From positions 1 to 48,257 of the forward strand of contig CAIXFB010000269.1 of the NCBI GenBank assembly GCA_903918595.1: a DNA stretch of 48,257 nucleotides, read 5' to 3'. A model generated the notes under the pieces. That model searched no databases. It worked only from the letters and a program-made list of their open reading frames with translations, and was not told the DNA's origin. This stretch comes from an uncultured Actinomycetes bacterium (GTDB lineage Bacteria > Actinomycetota > Actinomycetes > S36-B12). The translations under genes were made by a program, and so were the position numbers. Each line of letters begins with the position of its first letter. The stretch's first letter is position 1. Positions 1-9,343 of this stretch are shown one piece after another.

Positions 1-113
1 CCGAATTTTTCTAACAGCGACGGCATCAACAGGTTCGCATAGGCTTGATCATCGCGCACCGCACGAAACATTTCCATGGCGGCGAGCCGCGGTGCATCAG
101 AAGAAGATGACAT
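1..113 (-). CDS. RsmB/Sun-like 16S rRNA m5C methyltransferase, N-terminal fragment running off the window
   Basis: Edge fragment, absent from the ORF track. Minus-strand translation from the ATG at 113..111 gives MSSSSDAPRLAAMEMFRAVRDDQAYANLLMPSLLEKF. The AYANLxxPxLL motif is typical of the NusB-like N-terminus of RsmB, and rsmB commonly follows fmt. This start overlaps the fmt 3' end by 17 nt; an alternative ATG lies at 77..75. Confidence 0.45.
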   Translation of the reverse strand, partial: MSSSSDAPRLAAMEMFRAVRDDQAYANLLMPSLLEKF

Positions 114-1029
114 CTTTTGACCTTAAGCCTCTCCACCAGTCAACTGCTGGCATCAACTTCTTTCCGGGTGGTTGCACAAGCCCCAACTGCACCGGGATAC
201 CACCTGTTGCGACCACTACGTGATGGTCAATCAACGCAGCGCTACCTGGAGCGCCGAGACTCACTTCAACCAACTGAGCTGAAATAGAAACGGGACCAAT
301 CTTGATTCGTTGATCTCCCCAGGAGGTCCAGGCACCTGGATGAGGTGTGCAGGCTCGGATCTGTCGATCGATTGATTCAGCGTTTGCACTCCAATGAATT
401 TTCGCTTCGGCAACAGTGATCTTCGGGGCCGTTGTGACGCCGGCACCACTTTGTTCAATGGCCTTCACGGTTCCGTTTTCGAGAGAGTTGAGGGTGTCGA
501 CCAGAAGTTGCGCACCCACCACAGAGAGCCGATCCAGCAACGCCCCTGATGTATCCACTGGGGCAATTTCCTCGATGACCTGACCCAGAATTGGTCCAGT
601 ATCGAGCCCCTGCTCCAAGACGAAGGTTGTGGCTCCTGTTACATCGTCGCCATTCCAAATCGCATGTTGCACTGGCGCCGCACCCCGCCATCTGGGCAAC
701 AGTGAAAAGTGCAGATTGATCCAGCCAAATTTTGGAACATCGAGCAAAGCGGGCGGGATCAAACCGCCAAAAGCAACGATCGGCGCGCAATCGGGAGCAA
801 ACTCTGCGAACCTGGAAATGAAATCAGGATCACTCGGTGATGTCGGTGTGAGCACTTCAATTCCATGCGACTTGGCCAATTCTGAAACCGGACTCGGCAC
901 CAGGGTTCTTCCTCTACCCGCGGGGGCATCTGGGCGCGTGACTATTGCAACAATTTCATGGTGTGAGGCAAGCAAAGCCTCCAATGCGACAACAGCGGGA
1001 GAAGGCGTTCCGGCAAAGATCAGGCGCAT
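97..1029 (-). CDS. fmt: methionyl-tRNA formyltransferase
   Basis: ORF 97..1098. Motifs: MRLIFAGTP, HFSLLPRWRGAAPVQ. I trimmed the start to the ATG at 1029..1027 (MRLIFAGTPSPAV), which sits 7 nt after the def stop; the longer ORF would overlap def. Confidence 0.9.
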   Translation of the reverse strand: MRLIFAGTPSPAVVALEALLASHHEIVAIVTRPDAPAGRGRTLVPSPVSELAKSHGIEVLTPTSPSDPDFISRFAEFAPDCAPIVAFGGLIPPALLDVPKFGWINLHFSLLPRWRGAAPVQHAIWNGDDVTGATTFVLEQGLDTGPILGQVIEEIAPVDTSGALLDRLSVVGAQLLVDTLNSLENGTVKAIEQSGAGVTTAPKITVAEAKIHWSANAESIDRQIRACTPHPGAWTSWGDQRIKIGPVSISAQLVEVSLGAPGSAALIDHHVVVATGGIPVQLGLVQPPGKKLMPAVDWWRGLRSKDVIFF

Positions 1030-1036
1030 AACATCA

Positions 1037-1582
1037 TTAAAGCCAGCGCTGAGAGATCGGGTGCGGACTGATCTTGACGGTGGCCGGTTCTTCGGCAAAC
1101 CACTCAGACTCGCGAATATCTTTCATCGCGATCTTCCTGGTCGCAGCGTCAAGTCGATCGATGAACATGATGCCGTCAAGGTGATCAGTCTCGTGCTGCA
1201 CGCATCGGGCGAGTAGATCGCTGCCCTCAATGACCACTGGCTCGCCATACATATTCATTCCCTTTGCAACAACACTCAGGGATCTCGATGTGGGATACGA
1301 CAGATCTGGAATGGAAAGACAGCCTTCATCGCCTTCTTCTGTATCTTCGGAAAGATCTAGATTGGGGTTGATCAGGTGACCCGGTTCTTCATCGACCCAA
1401 TATGTGAAGACCCGCAAGGACACGCCAATTTGCGGAGCCGCGAGTCCGACCCCAGGGGCATCCATCATGGTGTCGGTGAGGTCGGCAACGAGCTTGCGAA
1501 GTTCTTTGTCGAAGGTGGTGACCTCAGCTGCCGGAGTTCGCAGCACTGGGTCTCCAAAAAACCGAATGGGCTGCACGGGCAT
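1037..1582 (-). CDS. def: peptide deformylase
   Basis: 181 aa carrying the three deformylase motifs: GVGLAAPQIG, EGCLSIP, HETDHLDG. Confidence 0.95.
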   Translation of the reverse strand: MPVQPIRFFGDPVLRTPAAEVTTFDKELRKLVADLTDTMMDAPGVGLAAPQIGVSLRVFTYWVDEEPGHLINPNLDLSEDTEEGDEGCLSIPDLSYPTSRSLSVVAKGMNMYGEPVVIEGSDLLARCVQHETDHLDGIMFIDRLDAATRKIAMKDIRESEWFAEEPATVKISPHPISQRWL

Positions 1583-1623
1583 GTGCTTAGTCTAGGTCCG
1601 CCCGGACAGTTACCAGCCTGGGC

Positions 1624-3549
1624 TCACAACTCCCGCGGATCGAGCTGCACATGCACCTTTACCGCCGCCTTATCGGCAGATCGACGCACCGAAATTCGTA
1701 ACAATTCCTCGCTCAGCCCCGTCCCGAGCGTTCGATCCACGAGGACAAGCAGGCGGACTTTCCCATCCCCCAACTCCGCCGGCCCCAACGTTCGGTGCGC
1801 GACCTCGATCGACTGCTCTACCTCTCGCACTGAGCTTGGATCGCCTTCGAGCGCCGCGACCCGGCTAGCTGGGGGCAACCCGGTAGCTCGACGTTCGCTC
1901 AGTTCGCGCGCTGCGAACCACACCGAATCCCATCGCACTAATGCCTGAACACTGGCCGAATTGATGGGAGCCGTGACCATAACGTGCGCCTTTGGTCGAG
2001 CAAGGGCGGCAGCATGGAACCACCTACGTACCTGGGCCTCCCCCGCACCGAGACCCGCTCCAGCCCAATTGGCGTCAAGCAAAATCACGGCTTCGTAGCC
2101 GGCTGCGGCCACGGGCTCAGCGCCTGGTGTAGCAACGACGAGTGCGGGCTCAGCAGAAACCTCACGCACCATGTGCTCGGCCTGCGACCAAATAATGCGA
2201 ACCCCAGGAAAAGCTCTGCCTAGTTCTTCAGCCGTGCGCTCGACACCGATGGACACCGCGCGTAGTTCACCACCACCACAGTGGCTACATCGCCAACTCG
2301 ACGCGAGTGAGCCACACCGCGAGCACACCGGGATGGACGAACCGGAAAGGAGTGCGAACGCGCCCCCGCAGGAACATTCCGCAGGGGTTCGACACTTCTG
2401 GCACGCCAAAAGTGGCACGTAGCCGCGACGGGCAACCTGCACTAGAACTGGTCCGGTCTTCAGTCCGGTTTGAGCTACGTGCCATGCGGCACTGGGAATA
2501 CGGGCGTACGCCGCAGCCTCGTCCTTTTTGAAGTCATCTGGCTCGACGGCCTGCACCCGCAGTGCAATTGCAGCAAGTGCGCTCTTTTCTGGGGTGAGCG
2601 ATGTTGCCCATCCGGACTCACACCATTGCTGCGCTACCACCGTACGAGCGGGAGCGCCGATGAGGAAGTGGCACTGCTCAAGATGTGATCGAAGTGCGGC
2701 CACTTCCCTGGCGTCCCAATATGGCGCGTGTGGATCGGCATACACATCGTCTCCGTCATCCCACATGACAATGAGACGCAGATCAGGCATGGGTGTGAAT
2801 GCCGCTGTGCGAGTACCAACCACAATTCGGGCTGCGCCAAACATTGCGCGCAGGAAAGCGGCGTATCTGGCCTGCGGGCCCACATGTGCACCAATGACAG
2901 CAACCGCGCCCGCTTCACATGCCTCTGGAATCACTTGGCACACGCGCTCGACATCACTCACATCAGGCACAAGCACCAACACCGATCCAGATTCGGCTTG
3001 GGTTACCCGGTGAATCAGTTCAGCGACTTGGTCGGTCCAGGCAGTTCCGGGCACACTGTTCCAGACGGCCCTGACTGGTTCTGGGCCATCGATCCGTGAC
3101 ATCAGTCCGGCGCTGTGCGCGATCCCTGACCAAGAGGGTTCATGTTCCACTGCAGAACTTCGCCAGTGGCTCACCTCGGGCAACACCGCCTCAGCGCGGG
3201 CATGCCGAGGTGGCACCGCGGTACGCATGACATCCCACAAAGTGCCTGCGTAGCGATTGGCTGTGGCCGCAATCAACTGCAGACTCTCCGTTGTGCACAT
3301 TGGAACCGAACCGACTACGCGGTCGATGGGTTTGAGAGTGGCAAGGTCTGATGCGGGTGCTCGCCGGACGATGCAGGCATCCATCAATCGACCTGCAAAA
3401 CGAACCCGAACCCGGGCACCCACCACCGCTAGATCTGACCACCGAGCTGGCACTGAATAATCAAAATCCCGATCCAGGTGGGGCACAGGCGTATCGATGC
3501 GCACCACCGCTACCGGATTGGTGGCGGCTGTCGGTTCAGCCACCTTCAC
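1624..3549 (-). CDS. priA: primosomal protein N' (PriA) homologue, actinobacterial type with degenerate ATPase motifs
   Basis: 641 aa with a GTG start. Overall PriA architecture, including the Cys-rich zinc region (CQKCRTPAECSCGG...CSRCGS...CSHCGG). The metK-priA-def-fmt order matches actinobacterial synteny. The Walker A position reads SVPGTAWT. Confidence 0.8.
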   Translation of the reverse strand: MKVAEPTAATNPVAVVRIDTPVPHLDRDFDYSVPARWSDLAVVGARVRVRFAGRLMDACIVRRAPASDLATLKPIDRVVGSVPMCTTESLQLIAATANRYAGTLWDVMRTAVPPRHARAEAVLPEVSHWRSSAVEHEPSWSGIAHSAGLMSRIDGPEPVRAVWNSVPGTAWTDQVAELIHRVTQAESGSVLVLVPDVSDVERVCQVIPEACEAGAVAVIGAHVGPQARYAAFLRAMFGAARIVVGTRTAAFTPMPDLRLIVMWDDGDDVYADPHAPYWDAREVAALRSHLEQCHFLIGAPARTVVAQQWCESGWATSLTPEKSALAAIALRVQAVEPDDFKKDEAAAYARIPSAAWHVAQTGLKTGPVLVQVARRGYVPLLACQKCRTPAECSCGGAFALLSGSSIPVCSRCGSLASSWRCSHCGGGELRAVSIGVERTAEELGRAFPGVRIIWSQAEHMVREVSAEPALVVATPGAEPVAAAGYEAVILLDANWAGAGLGAGEAQVRRWFHAAALARPKAHVMVTAPINSASVQALVRWDSVWFAARELSERRATGLPPASRVAALEGDPSSVREVEQSIEVAHRTLGPAELGDGKVRLLVLVDRTLGTGLSEELLRISVRRSADKAAVKVHVQLDPREL

Positions 3550-3619
3550 GCGCTTAGCCTTGTGAGCGGGTGCGCCAATCAGGGTCAGTTGATCCGAGTC
3601 GGGAATGCTGTCCCCCTGA

Positions 3620-4870
3620 CTAGATGCCAGCTACCGAGCGAAGATCCTCTGCGCGATCGGTGTTTTCCCAAGTGAATGTGGGGCCAACCTTCGTGCGTTT
3701 GGTCGGGTCATCGGAATCGAGCAGCTCGTTCGTGCCCTGTGGGCGGCCGAAGTGACCGTATGCGCTGGTCACCCGATAGATGGGCCGCAACAGGTCTAGG
3801 TCGCGAATGATGGCGGCCGGGCGCAGGTCAAAAACTCGCAGCACCGCTTCTTGGATGGCTTCATCGGCAATGACACCCGTTCCAAATGTCTCGACGAACA
3901 GACCCACTGGGTGAGCTTTGCCAATGGCGTATGCAACCTGGACCTCACAGCGCGTGGCCAGACCCGCAGCCACAACATTCTTCGCCACCCAACGCATTGC
4001 GTATGCGGCTGAACGGTCCACCTTTGAAGGATCCTTACCCGAGAACGCTCCGCCACCGTGACGAGCCATACCGCCATAGGTGTCAACGATGATTTTGCGA
4101 CCAGTCAAACCAGCATCACCCATCGGACCGCCAACTTCAAAGCGACCGGTGGGGTTCACCAACAAACGGTAATCGCTGGAATCCAGATCGATCGTCGCCA
4201 AGATGGGCTCTACGACGTACTTGCGCACATCGGGATTGAGCATGTTTTCCAAACTAATGTCTCGGGCATGCTGGCTGCTGACGACGACGGTGTCGATCTT
4301 TATGGGCCGATCGTTCTCGTCGTAAGCAATGGTGACCTGGGTTTTGCCATCTGGTCGCAGGTACGGCATCGTTCCGTCTTTGCGCACAGCGGTGAGCTGC
4401 TGCGCGAGGCGCTGTGCAAGCGAGATCGGCAGCGGCATCAAATCAACAGTGTCCGTGCAGGCAAAACCGAACATCAAGCCTTGGTCACCTGCGCCCTGCC
4501 GATCAAGTGGGTCAGAACTTGCACCCTCGCGCTCTTCGATTGCATCGTCAACGCCCTGCGCGATATCTGGTGACTGCTTGCCAATCGACACCGAGATGCC
4601 ACACGACTCGCCATCAAAACCTTTGGCCGAAGAGTCATAACCAATTTCCATGACCGTATCGCGAACCAACTTCATGACATCTGCAAAACCTTCGGTGGTG
4701 ACCTCGCCAGCAACGTGCACCTGGCCGGTGGTCAGCATCGTCTCGACAGCCACCCGACTGCGCGGGTCCTGGCGCAATAGGTCGTCGAGGATGGCATCAC
4801 TAATCTGGTCTGCCATTTTGTCCGGGTGACCCTCAGTGACTGATTCTGATGTGAACAAGCGGTGCGACAC
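3620..4870 (-). CDS. metK: S-adenosylmethionine synthase
   Basis: 416 aa with a GTG start. Motifs: [39 protein letters not shown]. Confidence 0.97.
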   Translation of the reverse strand: MSHRLFTSESVTEGHPDKMADQISDAILDDLLRQDPRSRVAVETMLTTGQVHVAGEVTTEGFADVMKLVRDTVMEIGYDSSAKGFDGESCGISVSIGKQSPDIAQGVDDAIEEREGASSDPLDRQGAGDQGLMFGFACTDTVDLMPLPISLAQRLAQQLTAVRKDGTMPYLRPDGKTQVTIAYDENDRPIKIDTVVVSSQHARDISLENMLNPDVRKYVVEPILATIDLDSSDYRLLVNPTGRFEVGGPMGDAGLTGRKIIVDTYGGMARHGGGAFSGKDPSKVDRSAAYAMRWVAKNVVAAGLATRCEVQVAYAIGKAHPVGLFVETFGTGVIADEAIQEAVLRVFDLRPAAIIRDLDLLRPIYRVTSAYGHFGRPQGTNELLDSDDPTKRTKVGPTFTWENTDRAEDLRSVAGI

Positions 4871-4914
4871 GTGTAACTCTCCCTAAATCAAGCTCCTCGC
4901 AGCCCTGCGGACAG

Positions 4915-5019
4915 GACTCGCGCTTGCCTCGGATGAGGCCTGGTCTGCTCCCGGAGCACCCCACCGCGGAGGAGGGTTGCCGACCAGCGAGCCGGGACTT
5001 AGCGCTGGTGCTCTTGACC
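4915..5019 (-). promoter_or_regulatory. SAM-IV class riboswitch in the metK 5' leader
   Basis: The minus-strand RNA reads GGUCAAGAGCACCAGCGCUAAGUCCCGGCUCGCUGGUCGGCAACCCUCCUCCGCGGUGGGGUGCUCCGGGAGCAGACCAGGCCUCAUCCGAGGCAAGCGCGAGUC. It aligns almost position for position with the SAM-IV consensus as I recall it (GGUCAUGAG..CCAGCG..AAGCCCCGGCU.GCUGGCCGGCAACCCUCC..CCGCGGUGGGGUGCCCCGGG...GACCAGG...GGCAAGCGCGGGUC). It fills the only long intergenic gap in the window (174 nt), directly upstream of metK. Confidence 0.8.
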
Positions 5020-5044
5020 GAATAAAACCCTACACGAGCAACCG

Positions 5045-6268
5045 CTATCTGGCCGTAATCCGATCACGAACCGTGTCCCAAAGCGCATCAGCAATTTCCT
5101 CTTTGGGTAGGCGATCAAGCAGTACAGGTGAGGTGGCCGCCCCCAGAATCAGTACCGAATTGTGCGTCGACCCGAAAACCTCATGGGCGGCTACGTCGTT
5201 GACGACGAGTAGATCACAGCCCTTCCGCGCGAGCTTTTCTTGCCCCAGGGCAAACAAATCCTCAGAATCCCGGGCTGTCTCGGCAGCGAAACCCACGATG
5301 AGAGGGGACGTGGCGCTACCCCGCTTCACCACTAATTCCGCCAGCACATCGGCGGTTCGTTCGAGTAACAACTCAGGCACTCCGTCTGCGTTGCTCTTCT
5401 TGATTTTTCCGCTGGCGATATCTGCTGGACGGAAATCTGCAACAGCTGCCGCCATCACAATCACATCGGCGTCTTGAGCGTGCGCATGCATTGCCGATCT
5501 GAGATCTTCAGCGGACTCCACGCGCACAACGAGAGCCCCGGCAGGTGGTTCCACCTCAATGGCAGCGGCCACAAGTGTGACCTGCGCCCCCCTGCTGATG
5601 GCGGTTCTGGCGAGTTCGATGCCTTGCCGGCCACTGCTTCGGTTGCCAATAAATCGGACGGGATCCCACGCTTCTCGGGTACCACCTGCACTGATGAGCA
5701 CGCGCAATCCGGCTAAATCGGGCCGGGGGCGGCGGCGAAGAACATCACGAACCGCGTGGGCAATTGCCGATGGATCTGCCAATCGGCCTGGTCCAGAGTC
5801 AGTGCCGGTGAGCCGGCCCACTGCGGGTTCAAGCACGACCACCCCACGTTCTCGCAAGATGTGCACGTTTCGCTGGGTGGCGGGGTGTTGCCACATCTCC
5901 GTGTGCATGGCAGGAGCCATGATCACGGGGCACGAGGCAGTGAGCAAGGTGTTGGTGAGTAGGTCGTCGGCGATTCCCGAAACTGCCCGGGCAAGGAGAT
6001 CAGCGGTGGCTGGTGCAACCACCACTGCACGTGCCTGCTGACCTAACCGCACGTGCGGCACTTGGTGGGTGTTGGCCCACACATCGGTCGCTACTGGTCG
6101 GCCAGAGAGCGCCTCCCATGTGGGGGCGCCAACGAATCGAAGTGCATTAGCCGTGGGCACAACAACAACGTCAATCCCGGATTCGCGAAGATTTCTGAGC
6201 AGCTCAACAGCCTTATAGGCGGCAATACCACCGGACACACCCAATACGACAGGTGACTCCTGCACCAT
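5045..6268 (-). CDS. coaBC: bifunctional phosphopantothenoylcysteine decarboxylase / phosphopantothenate-cysteine ligase
   Basis: 407 aa. The N-terminal flavoprotein motif is GVSGGIAAYKAVELLR, and a C-terminal CoaB domain is present. It sits between rpoZ and metK, as in other actinobacteria. Confidence 0.92.
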   Translation of the reverse strand: MVQESPVVLGVSGGIAAYKAVELLRNLRESGIDVVVVPTANALRFVGAPTWEALSGRPVATDVWANTHQVPHVRLGQQARAVVVAPATADLLARAVSGIADDLLTNTLLTASCPVIMAPAMHTEMWQHPATQRNVHILRERGVVVLEPAVGRLTGTDSGPGRLADPSAIAHAVRDVLRRRPRPDLAGLRVLISAGGTREAWDPVRFIGNRSSGRQGIELARTAISRGAQVTLVAAAIEVEPPAGALVVRVESAEDLRSAMHAHAQDADVIVMAAAVADFRPADIASGKIKKSNADGVPELLLERTADVLAELVVKRGSATSPLIVGFAAETARDSEDLFALGQEKLARKGCDLLVVNDVAAHEVFGSTHNSVLILGAATSPVLLDRLPKEEIADALWDTVRDRITAR

Positions 6269-6287
6269 CGGGTGTTAGACGACCGAA

Positions 6288-6620
6288 CTAGTCGGTCGTC
6301 TCCTCTTCAACAAGTGCGAAGGGATCGGCTGCTGAGACAACTTCTACAACTACCTGTTCCTCGGCTGGATCAAACGGAACAACAGTGAGTAGACCGGCGT
6401 CGATCTCGCGAAGCGCGATGGACAGCGGCTTCTCCTGGACGTGGGTTTCAACAAGAGGGCCGACGTACTCGAGTAGGCCCTCGCCTAGCTGCGAGTAGTA
6501 GGCATTGATCTGACGCGCGCGCTTTGCTGCGTAGCTGACCAGTGAGTACTTGGAATCGGTCTTCTCAAGCAAGGCATCGATAGACGGGTAAGTGATGCCT
6601 TCTGGGCGTCCTGTGCTCAC
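6288..6620 (-). CDS. rpoZ: DNA-directed RNA polymerase subunit omega
   Basis: Motifs: [34 protein letters not shown]...LEYVGPLV...[11 protein letters not shown]. The ORF track starts at a TTG at 6626. I prefer the GTG at 6620..6618 because a GAGG lies 7 nt upstream of it. Confidence 0.88.
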   Translation of the reverse strand: MSTGRPEGITYPSIDALLEKTDSKYSLVSYAAKRARQINAYYSQLGEGLLEYVGPLVETHVQEKPLSIALREIDAGLLTVVPFDPAEEQVVVEVVSAADPFALVEEETTD

Positions 6621-6683
6621 GGTCAAGCCTCATCTGCAGGTGGGAAACGAATGGGTCTCGAAACATCTGGCCGTAATAAGCCT

Positions 6684-7247
6684 CTAGCCAGCGCCTCTCG
6701 AGATGAAGTCTAGCAAGTCCTGGGCACACTGATCGACCTCGGCATTCACCAGGACCAGATCGAACTCGCCCGCAGCGGCAAGTTCGGCTGTCGCCACCTC
6801 TAAGCGGGCGGCCACGACAGACTCCTCCTCGGTGCCCCGATTTCGAAGTCGATCCTCGAGAGTGGCGGCACTCGGCGGCGCTAGAAACACCAAAGTGGCA
6901 TCTGGCACGCTGCTTCGCACCTGGCGGGCGCCTTGAACTTCGATTTCGAGGAGTACCAACCGCCCATCTGCCCGATGCTGCGAAACAGCAGCCCGAGGGG
7001 TTCCGTACCGGTTGCCAGCGTATTGCGCCCACTCCAGCAAACCCCCCGTCGCGACAAGGGCATCAAATTCTTCATTGGACATGAAGAAATAGTGCTCGCC
7101 ATTCGCTTCGCCCGGTCGGGGCGAACGGGTAGTGGCCGAAACTGACAACCAAATACTCGGATCGCGACGCAAAACTTCGGCGACGACGGTGCTCTTCCCT
7201 ACTCCCGATGGACCGGAAACCACAATCAGCGGGGCGAGGTCAGACAT
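6684..7247 (-). CDS. gmk: guanylate kinase
   Basis: P-loop [10 protein letters not shown] trimmed the start to the ATG at 7247..7245 ([15 protein letters not shown]), which overlaps the mihF stop by 8 nt (ATGTCTGA). Confidence 0.92.
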   Translation of the reverse strand: MSDLAPLIVVSGPSGVGKSTVVAEVLRRDPSIWLSVSATTRSPRPGEANGEHYFFMSNEEFDALVATGGLLEWAQYAGNRYGTPRAAVSQHRADGRLVLLEIEVQGARQVRSSVPDATLVFLAPPSAATLEDRLRNRGTEEESVVAARLEVATAELAAAGEFDLVLVNAEVDQCAQDLLDFISRGAG

Positions 7248-7563
7248 TGCGACCCTCGAGGGAGTCGAGGAGGGCTGCCCGTTGATGAATTCCGAGTCCA
7301 CGCACGCGCCGGCTTGGCGCAATTCCTAAGTGATCCATGAGCGTTGCGACCTTGACCTGACCCATTCCGGGGATGGATTCGAGGAGCCAATTCACTTTGA
7401 CCTTTGCCCAACCTTCGTTGGATTCATATGCGGTGAGTATCTCGGGAACACTCACCTGTCCGTTCTTGATGTCATGTCGCAGTTGAGCTCTGGCTCGGCG
7501 CACGTCACGCGCTGCAACGAGCGCGGCATCACGTTCTTCAATAGTTCGAATCGGCATCGTCAT
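7240..7563 (-). CDS. mihF: integration host factor, actinobacterial type (mIHF)
   Basis: 107 aa. Contains [17 protein letters not shown]...[28 protein letters not shown]. Its position immediately upstream of gmk-rpoZ is conserved in actinobacteria. Confidence 0.85.
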   Translation of the reverse strand: MTMPIRTIEERDAALVAARDVRRARAQLRHDIKNGQVSVPEILTAYESNEGWAKVKVNWLLESIPGMGQVKVATLMDHLGIAPSRRVRGLGIHQRAALLDSLEGRNV

Positions 7564-8300
7564 GTTGCACCGTCACGTTCGGTCAACGAAAGACTGATAG
7601 TTCGGGCCGCATCAGCCATCTTTGCTGCCCCGGTGATAGGTCGTCCGATCACGAGGAGGTCGGCACCTAGCCGGATCGCGTCCTCGGGCGTAGTAACACG
7701 CTTTTGATCGTCGGTACTGACGCCTGCCGGGCGCACCCCTGGCGTTATCAGCACAACATCATCAGGAACAACGGCTCGCACAGCAGCAACTTCTAGTGGT
7801 GAGCAAACGATGGCCCGGGCTCCTGCTTCAACGGCCATCGATGCCCACCGCACAACGATCTCCTCCGCCGGACCAACAAGACCGAGGGTGGCGAGATCGT
7901 TGGTGCCCAAACTCGTCAAGACCGTGACAGCTGTGATGCGAGTATCAGGCAGGGCCAAACAGGCTGCCGAGATCATGTTCGGGCCACCAGATGCGTGCAC
8001 GGTGAGAAAATCAGGCGCAATGTCGCGAAGCGCATCTGCCGCTCCACGAACCGTTGCGGGAATGTCGTGCAGTTTCACATCGAGAAAGAGCATGGAGTCG
8101 GTAACTCCGGCAGAGAGTGCACCCTCGCGCGCAGCAACCACTGCCTCGCGGCCGTCTCGGTAAAACACTTCAAGCCCAACTTTGAGACACGACACGAAGG
8201 GAGTGGTCTCCGCGGCCCACGTGCGCACATCCGCCAGTGAAGGGGCGTCCAACGCAACCGCGATGGGTGCACGGGGGAAGGTCACACGCATGGAACTCAT
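7560..8300 (-). CDS. pyrF: orotidine 5'-phosphate decarboxylase
   Basis: 246 aa. Motifs: IAVALD, LDVKLHDIPATV. ATGA overlaps with pyrD upstream and mihF downstream. Confidence 0.88.
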   Translation of the reverse strand: MSSMRVTFPRAPIAVALDAPSLADVRTWAAETTPFVSCLKVGLEVFYRDGREAVVAAREGALSAGVTDSMLFLDVKLHDIPATVRGAADALRDIAPDFLTVHASGGPNMISAACLALPDTRITAVTVLTSLGTNDLATLGLVGPAEEIVVRWASMAVEAGARAIVCSPLEVAAVRAVVPDDVVLITPGVRPAGVSTDDQKRVTTPEDAIRLGADLLVIGRPITGAAKMADAARTISLSLTERDGAT

Positions 8301-9343
8301 TCGGAAATGAAATCCCAGTCATCATCAGATGACTGCTCTGAGGTGATCGGGACTTCGCGAGTGGTATCGGCAGGCCGATGCGCGTAGGAAACTGCTTGCT
8401 GAAGAGAGGAGAAACCATGCTCAGCCAGCGCCAACTGCAATTCGCCATGAATGCGGAACGGCGCTGATGGGTCATTGAAGATACTGGTTCCCACGGACAC
8501 CGCATTCGCCCCCGCCAGTATGAATTCCAATGCATCGGCTCCCGATCTGATCCCACCCATTCCAATGATGGGAACGTCCGGGAAGGCTTGCCGCACACTC
8601 CACACACACCTGACGGCAACGGGTCTAATCGCTGGGCCTGAAAGGCCCCCGGTCACTCCAGCTAGGGCAGGACGCATCGTGACAGGGTCGATGACCATTC
8701 CGAGCAGGGTGTTGATCAGTGAAACACCGGTAGCGCCGGCCTTGATCACCGAATCCGCAATCTCAACGATGTCTGTGACATCGGGTGAGAGTTTGGCGAA
8801 GATTGGAGTGCGAGCATCAGAGTTCCGCTTAACACTTTGAATCACCTGAGCGGCGGTCACCGGATTACAAGCGAACACTTGACCCCGATCAGCAACGTTC
8901 GGGCAGGAAATGTTGACCTCGATCGCATCAAACCCACCTACATTGCGCAATCGTTGAGCGATCTTGCCGAATTCCTCGGCGCTCTCCCCCGCAATCGACA
9001 CAATCGTGCGGGCTCCGCGATTGTTGAGCCAGGCCAAATCCTCTTCGATGAACCGTTCAAGGCCCGGGCCTTGAAGACCAATCGAGTTCAGCATTCCGCT
9101 CGGGGTCTCAGCCATGCGTGGAGTGGCTCTACCCGACCTTGGCTGCATCATGATGCTCTTGGTCACAACACCACCGATCGCAGTGATGTCAAAGAATGCA
9201 TCCAATTCTTTCCCGGCCGCGGCACAACCAGATGCGGTGAGCATGGGGCTGGGAAGCTCAAGACCGGCAAATGACGCGGTCATGTCTACCGACAAAGCGG
9301 GCCCAGATGAAGACGACGGCTTCACAAAGAGTGCGCGGCTCAT
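8297..9343 (-). CDS. pyrD: dihydroorotate dehydrogenase, class 1B catalytic subunit
   Basis: 348 aa. Motifs: LPSPMLTASGC, NSIGLQGPG, GGLSGPAIRP. Paired with a PyrK-like subunit through an ATGA overlap. It has an acidic C-terminal tail of about 25 aa. Confidence 0.9.
   Translation of the reverse strand: MSRALFVKPSSSSGPALSVDMTASFAGLELPSPMLTASGCAAAGKELDAFFDITAIGGVVTKSIMMQPRSGRATPRMAETPSGMLNSIGLQGPGLERFIEEDLAWLNNRGARTIVSIAGESAEEFGKIAQRLRNVGGFDAIEVNISCPNVADRGQVFACNPVTAAQVIQSVKRNSDARTPIFAKLSPDVTDIVEIADSVIKAGATGVSLINTLLGMVIDPVTMRPALAGVTGGLSGPAIRPVAVRCVWSVRQAFPDVPIIGMGGIRSGADALEFILAGANAVSVGTSIFNDPSAPFRIHGELQLALAEHGFSSLQQAVSYAHRPADTTREVPITSEQSSDDDWDFISE

Noticed and set aside
3550-3619. Intrinsic terminators in the short spacers after metK (3550..3619), gltD (19480..19543), priA (1583..1623) and trpA (27328..27396)
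   Set aside because: Only 4- to 5-bp stems with no U-tracts can be drawn. That is too weak to call from sequence alone.
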